From the IMG/VR virus record IMGVR_UViG_3300025706_000022, positions 11,572 to 75,571 of that record: a stretch of 64,000 bases of DNA. The stretch is one strand, 5' to 3'. The stretch comes from a virus (lineage: Duplodnaviria; Caudoviricetes). Below are positions 28,811-39,700 of the stretch, in pieces (the first letter of the stretch is position 1; each line of letters begins with the position of its first letter). Made by a program: the position numbers and the translations under genes. The notes under the pieces were generated by a model, which was not told the origin of the DNA, ran no database searches, and saw nothing but the letters and a program-made list of their open reading frames with translations.

Positions 28811-29088
28811 TCACCCACCCCAGAGTATTTCATAATTTCATTGGAGAGCCTATTCAACTCATCCATTGGAAAACTAGAAAACTCTTCATCAGAGAGTTCT
28901 TTTGCATCTTCTACTGCAAAGTTCATAATCAGACGAAGAGTCTCCAACCCCTCACCTTCAGGCTTGTTCTTTACATGTTCTTGAATCTGCATAACTTCTT
29001 GCACAGTGAGCTTACTAATAGTAATCTTCTCACCCATAAAGTTAATTTCCTTGGTAATACGCTTTGCTGCGAGTGATTTGAGACTCAT
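28801..29088 (-). CDS. Tail assembly chaperone (G)
   Basis: Start MSLKSLAAK with RBS GGAG; between major tail and TMP; ends in the slippery site. Confidence 0.8.
   Translation of the reverse strand: MSLKSLAAKRITKEINFMGEKITISKLTVQEVMQIQEHVKNKPEGEGLETLRLIMNFAVEDAKELSDEEFSSFPMDELNRLSNEIMKYSGVGEGK
28804..28810 (-). promoter_or_regulatory. Programmed -1 ribosomal frameshift site G GGA AAG
   Basis: Heptamer identical to lambda G/T, immediately before the TAA of the chaperone gene. Confidence 0.88.
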
Positions 29089-29092
29089 TTTA

Positions 29093-29299
29093 TTACTCCA
29101 TAGATTTTTGAATAATTTCAAGTTGCTTTTTAAGTTGGTGAAGGCCACTTAGGGCTTTAAATACTTCACTAGACTTATCTGGACTATCTTGAAATTCTTG
29201 AATACGATTGAAGGTCTTTGCAAGGCTACTCTCAACGCAATCTTGCATACGTTTTACAGTAACTCTAAGCACAAATCTAGAATCAAATTTGCGATCCAT
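29093..29299 (-). CDS. Small helical protein between major tail and chaperone
   Basis: Probable start MDRKFDS with RBS GGAG (track start 29377). Confidence 0.55.
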   Translation of the reverse strand: MDRKFDSRFVLRVTVKRMQDCVESSLAKTFNRIQEFQDSPDKSSEVFKALSGLHQLKKQLEIIQKSME

Positions 29300-29395
29300 A
29301 TTATACTCCATAGCAGGGCACTCTGTCTGAATAAACAGTGGGCAAGAGTCATTTAAGTAATCATTACCAGCGATCACCCCCTTTATTACTACCTA

Positions 29396-29974
29396 TTAGG
29401 GGGCGCCATCCAGAGTAAACGCGCCCCAAACAATAGATTGCAGGGTGATAGCAATCGTAGCTTGGTTAGAGTCAGTCAGGTTAGGGGTGACCAGTAGGGA
29501 GTCAATCTTACCATTGAAATACCAATACGTATTTTCAACAGTACCCAGACCAGCAGGCTTTGACGAGTAATCAGTCGGTTCAGAATTAAGCAGCGCAAAA
29601 CGGAACACAGCTTGTTTACCAGAACCAACCAAATCACCCAAACTAGAGCCATCAGCCCATTGGGTAGCAACATAGTTAAGCGTGATTTCCATAGACGGAG
29701 CATCAGCTTGACCTTGAATCTGTTGCGACACAGATTGACCAAACACAGGCACGTTAACGATATTTGGCGGGGTACCAATAGCAGGGAATTCACGAACGTT
29801 AACAATACGAACGAAATCACCAGCAATAGGCGCACCACCAACATTCTCTGTAGCAAAGAGAGCATCGTAGCCAGCTTTAGTGAAAGCAGCGGGCGGCGGA
29901 GTAGGGCCAGTCGCATTGAATGCGATGGACATATCCGAGAACATACCTGCGCCAATAGAAGCAATATGAGACAT
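29396..29974 (-). CDS. Major tail tube protein
   Basis: IGTPPNIVNVPVFG...QIQGQADAPSMEITLNY; synteny; highly-expressed codon usage. Confidence 0.85.
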   Translation of the reverse strand: MSHIASIGAGMFSDMSIAFNATGPTPPPAAFTKAGYDALFATENVGGAPIAGDFVRIVNVREFPAIGTPPNIVNVPVFGQSVSQQIQGQADAPSMEITLNYVATQWADGSSLGDLVGSGKQAVFRFALLNSEPTDYSSKPAGLGTVENTYWYFNGKIDSLLVTPNLTDSNQATIAITLQSIVWGAFTLDGAP

Positions 29975-30447
29975 TAGGTTTCCTTCCGAAAGTAAGAGAA
30001 TTGAATTTGATACGTAGAGCGAAGTAGAGAACTATTATTCTGAGCTTCACCTCTTATCTCAAAATTAGACTCACGCCTAAATTGAGTTACTGCTGTATCA
30101 CTTTGGGTAGCAAGACTCTGACCAGCGAAGAATTTATCAAATATATCGGCTATTTGATATGCACGCTTTGGCCCTGCTCCATTTGGTGTAAATATTTCTA
30201 CAAACATTATACCTTTTAGGGTATCCTTAAAACCTTCGCCATTAGTTACTAGATCAAACCTACCAAACTCAGTAGTGTTTTTATCAGTGATGTAACCTCT
30301 AGGTACAACTAAAAAGAATTGATCAGCCCACTCTTGACTAGAAAATAGAGAAAATACATCATCTAGCAAATTTGAATATCTGCCTTGTGGCCTAGTAGTC
30401 ACATGCGTAGTTGGCGCTAACCGCTTAGAAACTCGTTTAGTAGCCAT
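29974..30447 (-). CDS. Tail terminator protein
   Basis: GIMFVEIFTPNGAGPKRAYQIADIF; upstream of major tail. Confidence 0.7.
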   Translation of the reverse strand: MATKRVSKRLAPTTHVTTRPQGRYSNLLDDVFSLFSSQEWADQFFLVVPRGYITDKNTTEFGRFDLVTNGEGFKDTLKGIMFVEIFTPNGAGPKRAYQIADIFDKFFAGQSLATQSDTAVTQFRRESNFEIRGEAQNNSSLLRSTYQIQFSYFRKET

Positions 30448-30824
30448 TATACATCCTCCTGCGCGGCATATAACGTTATTGTGTACCCGTTATCATTATT
30501 TGCTTTACTACTCTCAGTAGAGTGGACCACATTTAGAGTATTACCCCTAACAATAACCTTATCAAACACATCAATACTAGCAACCCCTGCCTTATCAAAA
30601 TCTTCAGTGATAAGGAGGAGCTTAAGAACACTAGTATTTGTATTCTCCATAGTTTCTCTAATGACTACAGCCCTAAATACATACGATACTGATGTACTGC
30701 CTATTGCTTCTCCAGTAGCGTAGTCAAAGTCAGTAGTGCCATTATTGATAAAGGTTACATCCTCAGCAAGATCTTCAATTAATGCGAATGCTTTGCGCAC
30801 ATAGGCCTTTACCATGGATCTCAT
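30447..30824 (-). CDS. Head closure / stopper protein
   Basis: DFDYATGE motif and synteny; probable start MRSMVK with RBS AAGGAG. Confidence 0.65.
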   Translation of the reverse strand: MRSMVKAYVRKAFALIEDLAEDVTFINNGTTDFDYATGEAIGSTSVSYVFRAVVIRETMENTNTSVLKLLLITEDFDKAGVASIDVFDKVIVRGNTLNVVHSTESSKANNDNGYTITLYAAQEDV

Positions 30825-30834
30825 GGATATCTCC

Positions 30835-31356
30835 TTAGTTTGCTCTCCACCAAGCATTTCCACCAGAACCAGTATACTTACGCTGTAATGCTGCGTTACC
30901 ATCCATAGTTAAGGGATAATAGTAGTTTTCTGCTGTAGTGGAAAAACGAGGTGGGAGTGCAGATTCGCCATCAAGACCCTCTAATTCAATAACATCAACC
31001 TTCAGTTTAGATATTGAGCCAGTTTCGTCTAATAAACCATCGTTATTAAGTAATTGATAAGCTTGTTCACAAGTAGCAGCTAACATACGCTGCGGAATAA
31101 CTACTGGATCTAATTCAACAACCTTTCCAAGTACAGGTTCCAAATAGCTACCGATACGAGGAAATGCTATCGTTTGTAGATCACTCGCAGCAACACCAAC
31201 CCAAATAATCTCATTCAGCATACGGGTTGCCGTAATGAGGGATTGCTCCTTCATCTGGTTATCTGCACTAGTCCAAGCTGCAGCATCAACCCGACCTAAG
31301 AAATAAGTGTCAGCATCTGCTACTGAAATATACGAGTTCTTTCCAACCTCAAGCAT
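30835..31356 (-). CDS. Head-tail adaptor (DnaT-like family)
   Basis: NSYISVADADTYF...AFPR...IPQRMLAATCEQA immediately after the capsid gene. Confidence 0.7.
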   Translation of the reverse strand: MLEVGKNSYISVADADTYFLGRVDAAAWTSADNQMKEQSLITATRMLNEIIWVGVAASDLQTIAFPRIGSYLEPVLGKVVELDPVVIPQRMLAATCEQAYQLLNNDGLLDETGSISKLKVDVIELEGLDGESALPPRFSTTAENYYYPLTMDGNAALQRKYTGSGGNAWWRAN

Positions 31357-31382
31357 ATGCCCTCCGTAGCTACATGTAGCTG

Positions 31383-32567
31383 TTAGCTGTGGAAGATCGG
31401 GAGAATACCCAGGGTAAGAGCAGAGGTAGCTTTACGAACAAAAGCACCCTTATCACCAACAGCAACAGTAGCACCAGACAGATCACGCATAGCAGAACCA
31501 CCAGTACCAATCTGCATGTAATCTGCATCAGCAACGAAGTTGTCTTCATCACCGTACCAAGAATAACCACGCGGATGGACGATATAGCCCCAACGATACC
31601 AAACATCAGTAGTACCACCACCCATAAAGGCAGATGGAACGTGGCCAATCTCAACCGGCATAGGAACAGCCAATTGGTTAAATGCCAGACTGTTAGGCAT
31701 AACAATAAACGTGGTCTCTGGTCCAACCAGATCAACACCAGCGCCAGTATTAATGGCAGTACGTTCAGCAGAGGTCAGGCCTTGATTAGCACGTGTAATA
31801 ATCAAGCGGAATTTACCGGAGAAAATGGTTTCAAATTCAACCATACCATCGGTAACACGAGTTTCATCAACCAGATTAGCAGAACGAAGCGAAGCCAACA
31901 CCTTGGGCGATACAACAAGGTAGGCATAGGCAGGCTCATAATCCTTCCAACCCATACCCATAGCGGTAAGGAAGGCTTCAGCGCGAGCAGCACCTTGTTT
32001 AGCAGCATCAGCATCAACGATAAGCTTATTCAAGCCCATATCAACGTACATACCGTACTTCTGATCTTCTGGGTTATTATCAAACGTTTGGCCACCAAGA
32101 CCAGTTGCACCAGAGCCAGAACCAGCACCATTCAGCAGCTCAGAGATAGCAACACCCTTCAGGACAGACAAGAGTGCGTTATGCTCATCTTGAGTGCGAG
32201 TCTCAGCAAAATCACGACCAATCTTAGCCAGGCCGTCTTCTTGCGTAACAACTTGCTTCATATTGACTTGTTCAGCACCATGCGTGCGAACCGTCTTAAT
32301 GTACTTAGCATAGTTTGAAGACTGGGTAGTCTTAGTACCAGCAGTTGCATCAGTAAGCGAAGCAACGTTGATAACAGGCTTCAGCGGCTTTTTCCAACGA
32401 AGTTGACCAACAAAAGTTTCAGTATTGGTGTCAATGTCGGCTTGAGCACCGGCAATACCAGTACCAACCAGTTTCTTAGCATTGGTGTATGCTTCATCGG
32501 AGTAGGCAGAGATAGCCTCTTGCAGAACCGAATCAGTTGCACCGGGGATATTAGTACGAGCAGTCAT
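31383..32567 (-). CDS. Major capsid protein
   Basis: 394 aa after scaffold; strongly biased codons; TDVWYRWGYIVHPRGYSW C-terminal pattern. Confidence 0.85.
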   Translation of the reverse strand: MTARTNIPGATDSVLQEAISAYSDEAYTNAKKLVGTGIAGAQADIDTNTETFVGQLRWKKPLKPVINVASLTDATAGTKTTQSSNYAKYIKTVRTHGAEQVNMKQVVTQEDGLAKIGRDFAETRTQDEHNALLSVLKGVAISELLNGAGSGSGATGLGGQTFDNNPEDQKYGMYVDMGLNKLIVDADAAKQGAARAEAFLTAMGMGWKDYEPAYAYLVVSPKVLASLRSANLVDETRVTDGMVEFETIFSGKFRLIITRANQGLTSAERTAINTGAGVDLVGPETTFIVMPNSLAFNQLAVPMPVEIGHVPSAFMGGGTTDVWYRWGYIVHPRGYSWYGDEDNFVADADYMQIGTGGSAMRDLSGATVAVGDKGAFVRKATSALTLGILPIFHS

Positions 32568-32586
32568 TACTTTTCCTTTAGTTTAT

Positions 32587-33315
32587 TTATTGCCTTTGGT
32601 TTGGTAGTTTACCTTCGGCAGCAAGTTTGAGAACCTCTTCTTGCGTTCTAGCAAATAGAGATTTGGGAGTACTATTAGGCGTTCCAGTAGGGGTTTGAGT
32701 TCCGCCACCAGAGCTAGCCTTTGGCTTAAGCAAGAAGCTATTAGCCTCGTCTGCAACAAAAGTAGAAATAAAGTCCTTAATCGAAACACCAGAGCGATGA
32801 ACCCAGTTGTTTTTATCATCTTTGATTACTTGGCCGATAACCTCATGAAAAGCCATATCAGCTGCTTTTTCATTACGGAACTCAGTAGAACGTAACAGAT
32901 CACGGACCTGACTATCACGAGTAAGTTCAAGAACTCGTTGTTCTAATGTAGTATGCTTACCAAGTAAATCATTGTAAGCAGCATCTTTTTCTACGAGCTT
33001 CATTTCGTATACTTCCTTGTGCTTACCTTCTTCTTCCAATTTCTTAAGCTGAATCTCGCGTTCCTTCTTCTCAAGCTCCTCTGCCTTTTTGAGTGCAGAA
33101 TCACGAACAGAGTAGGCGTTATCAAGTTTAGTCTTGATATCTTTTAATTGTTCAGCAACCTTTTCAGCAACAAGCTTTGAAATCATGTCCTGATCGGTGT
33201 TGCCACTTTTATTTTGGTCATCATTCTTACCGTCTTGATTCTTACCAGCATCCTGATTAGTACCATCAGCATTCTGATTCTTATCTTTCTGGTTGTTTTG
33301 ATCTTCAGTACTCAT
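32587..33315 (-). CDS. Capsid scaffolding protein
   Basis: N/D/Q-rich N-terminus, long coiled coil, GGG/TP linker, short basic C-terminal helix; probable start MSTEDQ with RBS AGGAG. Confidence 0.8.
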   Translation of the reverse strand: MSTEDQNNQKDKNQNADGTNQDAGKNQDGKNDDQNKSGNTDQDMISKLVAEKVAEQLKDIKTKLDNAYSVRDSALKKAEELEKKEREIQLKKLEEEGKHKEVYEMKLVEKDAAYNDLLGKHTTLEQRVLELTRDSQVRDLLRSTEFRNEKAADMAFHEVIGQVIKDDKNNWVHRSGVSIKDFISTFVADEANSFLLKPKASSGGGTQTPTGTPNSTPKSLFARTQEEVLKLAAEGKLPNQRQ

Positions 33316-33481
33316 TTTACTACTCCTATGGGACACAGCCCGGTTAATTGTGCTATAGCTACATTCTATAGCATACTGCAAAGAAAATATAGTGGGAAAC
33401 CAATTGAGGGGACAGTACCTCTAAAGAGGCGGGAGAGAAGGCTTATCAGCCATTACATGGCCTATCCCACTATCAAAACTA

Positions 33482-33790
33482 TTAGCCTATTCCATAGAAG
33501 CCTTTATCATGCTTCCAAAAATCAGGCGGTATATCTTCTAGAATATCCTCAGCTTTGAGAATATCCTGTTCAGTCATAAGTCTTCCACCAACTTTACTTT
33601 TTCCAGCTATTGGAATAATACCTTTTTCAATGGCCTCTTCCAAATACTGATCATAAAGCTCTTTAGGTAATCCACGCTCACGCAGAAGATCTAATGTAGC
33701 CTTTACTGTATTTTTCGTAACAGCATCAGCATACATTTTTCTAATAGCCGTCTTAGCCTTAATCATATCACCAGCATTAGTGAAGAAAGC
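33482..33790 (-). CDS. Exon 3 of MuF-RNAP fusion
   Basis: Begins AFFTNAGDM after intron-terminal G at 33791; completes motif C (IHD|AFF). Confidence 0.85.
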   Translation of the reverse strand, partial: AFFTNAGDMIKAKTAIRKMYADAVTKNTVKATLDLLRERGLPKELYDQYLEEAIEKGIIPIAGKSKVGGRLMTEQDILKAEDILEDIPPDFWKHDKGFYGIG

Positions 33791-34729
33791 CGAAATATTC
33801 AACAAAGGTCGTTAGTCTTTGCCCGTTACTGTCGAGTTAGTTAATAATTCTTCCAAGTATTACCAATTCGTATTTGACGAATGGTAGAAGGGTGCGATCC
33901 AAATTCTACAGCTATTTCTGCATCTAACTTTCCATTTTTGATACATTCTCGTATATAAGGTACATCCTCTGCAGTTATCTTTCTAGTCCTAGGTGCACCA
34001 TTATAACGACCAGGGATAGTCAGACCTAGATGCTTCCAGTTGTCACCAATCCTAATAGCGTTTATAGATTGCCTAGTAACACCGTATTCATCTGCAATCT
34101 CTTGATCTTTTTTGCCAGCAAGCATTAATTTAATTATAGTAGGTATTTCTGACTCTACTAATACCGACTCAACCCTATGTGAACCGCGTGGCATTAACCC
34201 AGTATCGTATGCGTGCTGAACATTTTCACTGCGAGTTGCCCATTCTAGATTAATTACATGGTTATGTAACCTATTCCCATCAATATGATTTACATCTGAT
34301 TTAGAAAAGGGATTTGGTATAAAAGCCTTTGCAACCAACCTATGTAGCTTTTCTGTGCGTCTAACACCATTGTATGATATATGAAACTGCCTATAACCAC
34401 CTACGATATTACCTAATGTGATGCACCCATTAGAGCCACAATATAGTCTACCATGGTTACTAATAGAATAGTTTGCATCACCAACTTGTTTCCATTCTTC
34501 TTGCATGTTTACTCCTTGTGCTCGACAGCACTGCTGCATATTACTATGCAGACTAGACTATATCTTCAAAGTAAATACATGTATTTACGATGTCCCCCGT
34601 TTCCACTCACTTGAGTGTACTGGCGCAATGCCATAGTCGTTACACCTTCCTTATTTCTAAGGATTGGCTCGGTATTGTCCTAACGAAGGAGTTTCACCGA
34701 ATTAGAGGGATTTAACCACAACAAAATTT
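33791..34729 (-). mobile_element. Group I intron 2 (IA2-like, 939 nt) inserted in RNAP motif C
   Basis: P1 CCACGAU/GUUGUGG with U-G at the splice site; P AAUUCGGUGAAA; R AACGACUAU; S AAGAUAUAGUC; P7.1/P7.2 hairpins; terminal G; HNH ORF in the P9 region. Confidence 0.9.
33841..34506 (-). CDS. Intron-encoded NUMOD4-HNH endonuclease (intron 2)
   Basis: KLHRLVAKAFIPNP...VNHIDGNRLHNHVINLEW; two C-terminal HTH-like repeats; start MQEEW with RBS AAGGAG. Confidence 0.9.
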   Translation of the reverse strand: MQEEWKQVGDANYSISNHGRLYCGSNGCITLGNIVGGYRQFHISYNGVRRTEKLHRLVAKAFIPNPFSKSDVNHIDGNRLHNHVINLEWATRSENVQHAYDTGLMPRGSHRVESVLVESEIPTIIKLMLAGKKDQEIADEYGVTRQSINAIRIGDNWKHLGLTIPGRYNGAPRTRKITAEDVPYIRECIKNGKLDAEIAVEFGSHPSTIRQIRIGNTWKNY

Positions 34730-35833
34730 ATCGTGGATACTAGTTGTTTCTATACCATTACGCTTACCCCATAAAGCAAAGTTCTTAACTAGAGTAGCAT
34801 CGTTAGAGTGATTGCCATTGACGGCATATGCCGTTCTAGCAGACACTGCATCAGCTACTTCATTTATTTTATTACTCTTATTAACTAACTCTTCAAACCA
34901 AGTGGGATCAGTTTTATTATCTACTTGAATAATATTAGTGATCCAGTTACCATCAGCATCCTTATAATTAAGCCTTTCCTCAAATCGTTGGGTATAATAT
35001 TGCTCCAACACACTACCATCAAGGTTCACCCAAGGCACATGTGTCCAACTCTTAGGTTGCTTATTGGGTAACCCCAACTCAGCTATATCAATATCTTTGT
35101 AAACATCACCCACCTGAAGCTTAATATCAAACTTCTTACCAGTAGGTCTATAGCCCTTGTCCTTAACCCCAAATAGTATATCAGAGATGGTACTATCGGG
35201 TTTATATCCAGGTATACGTTTAAGGATTTGTTCTCGATAAGATACCTTTGGATCTATTCCTAGTATCCAAGCTAGCACAGGATGAGGCTTAGCCCCTTCT
35301 TTATACTCACCAAATGCGGTTTTCTTCATAAGGCTTACCCAATCAAACTCAGCTTTAGAAGGCTTTGCTGTTAACAGAAAGTCTTGTGCCAGCCTACCGA
35401 AGAACTTAGTAAAATCATTCAAAATAGGTACACGATTAGACATATGCTCAGACATGATTGCACCTATCTGAGCAAAATCTTTGGGCGTAACTACTTCATC
35501 ATAATCCCTAGTAAGCTTCTCTACAAAATCCTTTGTTTTAGGATCAAGGAACCATAAGTCAGACATCAAGTCATCACCTGGCCTAGTTCCACTATCAAAT
35601 ATGTCTTTGACCTGTTTACGAAGCTGCATTAGTTCGTCTGCAGTATCTTGATCCCAACGTGCTATTTTAGCAGCACGGGCAGAGATTTCACCCAATACAG
35701 CATCGCGTTCCTCAGCTTTAATTACTAAGACACCATCATCTTTACCTAAAGCCTTAGCTAATTTCTTTTCTACATTCATGGTAGCAGTTCTCTGTCCGGC
35801 GCCGTATAGAGAGACCATGTTATGCGCTTTTGA
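34730..35833 (-). CDS. Exon 2 of MuF-RNAP fusion
   Basis: Starts SKAHNMVSLYGAG, ends NGNHSNDATLV...SIHD. Confidence 0.88.
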
Positions 35834-36790
35834 CAATGTGTTAACAAGGGGTCGTTAGTCCCCTGTCATAATTTATTAGTAGTTCTTCCAGGTATTTCCT
35901 CTACGAATTTGGTTTATGGTTGCAGTTGCTACACCAAACATAGGTGCAATATCGCAATCACGTAATGTGCCAAATAAGCTTCGAATAACCGGTATATCTT
36001 CTCCAGTTAACTTCTTAACTGGGCCATTACCTATAATCGGCTGTCTTTCAATAAATCGCCAAGTACGGTTACATCGAATATCATCAATTGTATTTGGGGC
36101 CACGTTATACTTTTTGGCAAGAGTAATATTTCTATCACCAGCCTTTAAGGCATCAATAATTTCATGAACTTCTGTTTCTAGAAGGATATGCATATAGCTA
36201 CCTTCTCCAGAAGCAATTAACCCTAATTTTACAGCATGCTCATTATTCTCTGTAGGAGTACACCACTCTAGGTTACTAGACTTATTATTAAGCTTATTAC
36301 CATCAATGTGGTTAGCCCAGGGCTTACCATCTACCCTAGGTATAAAGGCCCTAATAACCAATTTATGAACATCGATAGTTATCCTATCCTTACGAGAGGT
36401 AAACTGTATACTAACTTGTAAGTATCCTCTAGCAGTAATGAAGGGATTAAGAATGAAATCAGTGCTATTGTTGCGAATACGCCCCAGATTGCTGACACTA
36501 TACATGCCTTCTGTGTCTGGGATAATACGAAATTCTTCTGTCATAATGACTCCATGGGTGTGTAAATTATGCTGCATATTACTATGCAGATCAGACTATA
36601 TCTTCAACAAACAATGTTTGCTGTCCCGCGTTTCCACTAGACTTCTAGTGTATGAGATTCATAATCCGTTCTGGACCGTATTCTCTAGTCGTTGAACCTT
36701 CCAAAGAGTCCCCTCTAAGGCTTGGCTGCTGATTGTCCTTTAACGAAGGAGTTTCCAGCAATTAACGGGATTTTACAAGGCCACAAGTTT
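35834..36790 (-). mobile_element. Group I intron 1 (IA2-like, 957 nt) inserted in RNAP motif B
   Basis: P1 AAGGCU/GGCCUU; P AAUUGCUGGAAA; Q AAUCAGCAG; R UUCAACGACUA; S AAGAUAUAGUC; P3 UCCCGU/GCGGGA; terminal G at 35834. Confidence 0.92.
35876..36544 (-). CDS. Intron-encoded NUMOD4-HNH endonuclease (intron 1)
   Basis: DVHKLVIRAFIP...ANHIDGNKLNNKSSNLEW; two C-terminal HTH-like repeats; start MTEEF with RBS GGAG. Confidence 0.9.
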   Translation of the reverse strand: MTEEFRIIPDTEGMYSVSNLGRIRNNSTDFILNPFITARGYLQVSIQFTSRKDRITIDVHKLVIRAFIPRVDGKPWANHIDGNKLNNKSSNLEWCTPTENNEHAVKLGLIASGEGSYMHILLETEVHEIIDALKAGDRNITLAKKYNVAPNTIDDIRCNRTWRFIERQPIIGNGPVKKLTGEDIPVIRSLFGTLRDCDIAPMFGVATATINQIRRGNTWKNY

Positions 36791-39700
36791 AGCCTTCCTT
36801 AAATCCTTCTCGCTTAGCCCCAATCTTTCATTAAGCTTTTTAAACCTAGGATCATTAAAGGTCATAGAAGCAATCTCGTCATAGAGACGCCGCTTCTGGT
36901 TAGTAGGAACAACATTACTAAGTTCTGCTAATTGCTTATTCTTAGTAGACAATGCAATAATCTGAGCACCAGAAGATGAAGCATCTTGCTCTAGAGCTAC
37001 TTTAATCATATAATTATCAAGTGGAGTAAGATCTTTGTAACTGCCACCTAAAAATTTATCAATGCGGTATTGTTCAAGGGCAAGCCTAAATAACTTTCCC
37101 TGTTCTTCAGCATCCGCCATCTGAACGATCTTAGATTCAAGGATATCACGAATATCCTGAGGCTTTTGTCTTTCTATACGTTTACCTAATAAAACAAGAT
37201 CAGCACGCCATTTATCTGCAATCTTCTGCCTACCAGTTTGAGAGAGACCATTAAAGCGTCCTTCAAACTCATCACTTAGGCCACCTAAGAAACCACCTAT
37301 CTGGTCTTGTAGGTTATAATATCCATCAATACCTAAGGGTTTAGCTTCTGGTGTATTTAAGAAAGGACGAAAGGACTCACCAGATTGTGGTCCAATGTAG
37401 CCGCTATCATATATGCGACCGCGATGATCAATGAAAGCGTGATTACTAAAAGACATATCGTTCTTAACATAATGTTCCATAGCCTTAAATCTATCGTATG
37501 CATCACCACGAGCAGTCATGTGATCACGATAATGATTCAAATCATTAAAATACTTAGCCTTACCCTTATCGTCTTGGAAATCCAATAACTTTCTCGTAAA
37601 CCCATAAAACTCAGGATCTACTTTATACTTACTATTGCTATACCAATTAAGGGCATCTGCTAATGGTTCGTCAATTAGCTCTGCAGGTATTTCAGTGAAA
37701 CTACTTGAAGATGTAATTGGTATTTGTGTATCATATCCGCCCTTAGCAAAATATGTTTTGAACCCAGGTTTAATATATAGTTGGTTATCATATCTATTAT
37801 TCACACCAATACGATAGCCTACATCGATAGCACGATTAAGGTATGAGTAGTGCTTAATACGAGCATCGGTAATCCTAAGATTTACACTAAATGTATCGTA
37901 GTATTGACCAAAGTATTGACCACTCATACGACTACGCATACGCCTTTTCTTAACACCAAAAGTATCTAGTGTATAAAATCCTACTTTTTGAGCATAATCT
38001 AAGATTTCTACACCTGCATCATACCATTCTTTTTTAGATCCACGAAAATTAGTAGTATTAAATAGATCTCTTCCTAATTCAATGGCTAGTTGATCCCTAT
38101 CAGGGGCATCATCCATTGCTAACCGTTTAGCAAACCTCAAATAGAACTGCTGAGTTTCAAACTTACCTAATCCCTGAAATACTCTACGCATTTGAAGTTT
38201 CATAGGTAATTGTGTTTTTAAGAAGATATCTACTGTAGAACGTAACTGTAGTGCTATAACGGGTAATTGTCTAGCTTCCCATAGATTACGCTCTTTAATA
38301 TTAGCAATAAAATTCTTGCCCAAATCATCTAATTGTATAGGGCCAAGAACAGGATCAAGATACTCACCTTGCTTAATCTTGTAGAAGAAGTCAGAATTAT
38401 TTCTTAACTGTGTCTCAATAAACTCTGACACGTTAGTAACACTATTCTTCATTTCTGAGTTAAGAACAGCCTTAAGATTACCCCAAGGCTTTCCTTGTTT
38501 ACGAAAACGCTCAAATGTTACACGAAGATTATCAGTGACAACTGCAGCCTCATTCATGCCTACAGACTTCTGTATTTCTATCTTGAAATCTTGTAGGAAC
38601 TTCTTATCATCTGCGGTTAATACTGTGCTTTCATCAATAAGCCTAACAGCGCGTTTATCAGCAGCCATATTAGGTTGATAGATGCGGGCATCCTCTCTAC
38701 GCTTAGTAATAGGATTATATATTAGCTGATCTTCAGTTGGAGGGCTGTTTAGAACCCTATTCTTAGTACCAGCCTTTACATGAGGTAGAATACCACGATA
38801 GTTAGTAACACTTAAAGTACCATTTAGCTCACCAGACTGTAGTTTATAATACTCTACGAGTTTGCTAACGGCCTCTTTATCTCTAAGTATTTCAAGAGGG
38901 GATGTATATCCCAGTGTAAGTGTGTCCAGTCTTTCTTTTGCATTCGCGAATACTTTACTAGTAGCTTCTACGCTACCGTTATAACCACCTGCTGTATTAT
39001 TATCACCAGTTAGTAGCTTAAGCTCATTGAGACCTACACTAGCACCCTTAGGTGTTATAAACCTCTCAGCTGTAAGCTCATTATTTTGGAACATCTTAAG
39101 GCGATGCATATCTCCTAGATGCATTAGCTGAATTCTATCTGGTTGTTTCTTTAACCAATCATTATAAGAAATAGTGTCATAAGGTGTTCCAGTAAAATAA
39201 CTAGAGGCATACTTATCATAGGCTTCAATCTCTGCTTCCGACATTCCAGCTGTATTACGGGCTCTAGTGGCTCTTACAGAATCAACTTTTGCTAAGTCTG
39301 CCCAAGCCTTAGGAACAGGTATTGTAGTAGACCTACACCTATAATGTTGTGGTGGTAAATGACCAGTATCAGAAACTGGATAGATATTTCCATCCATATA
39401 TCTGCATACTGGAGTAGTTCTAGTGTCTAATACCGCGGCGTATTGGTATCCTTTCAAGTATTTGCTATTCTCTGCATATACTTGCTGGTCTACTTGTGCA
39501 TACACACTAGTAATCCCGGTAATAACAATACCTTCACTATGTACACGAGTAAGATTAAACGTTTTAGATACACGTTTAATCATTTGTTCTTCAGTTAAGC
39601 CTTCAGCTAGGCCGCCTCTAATAGCAGCCTCTATACGCTTACGCTCATTTAAGCCAATGCCTTTCCAACCTTCTGCAAGAGTCTTATTAGCATAGAGAGG

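Noticed and set aside
29476-29964. Long alternative-frame ORFs overlapping major tail, capsid and 9738 genes
   Set aside because: Leu/Val-rich off-frame reads produced by strong codon bias; no independent start signals.
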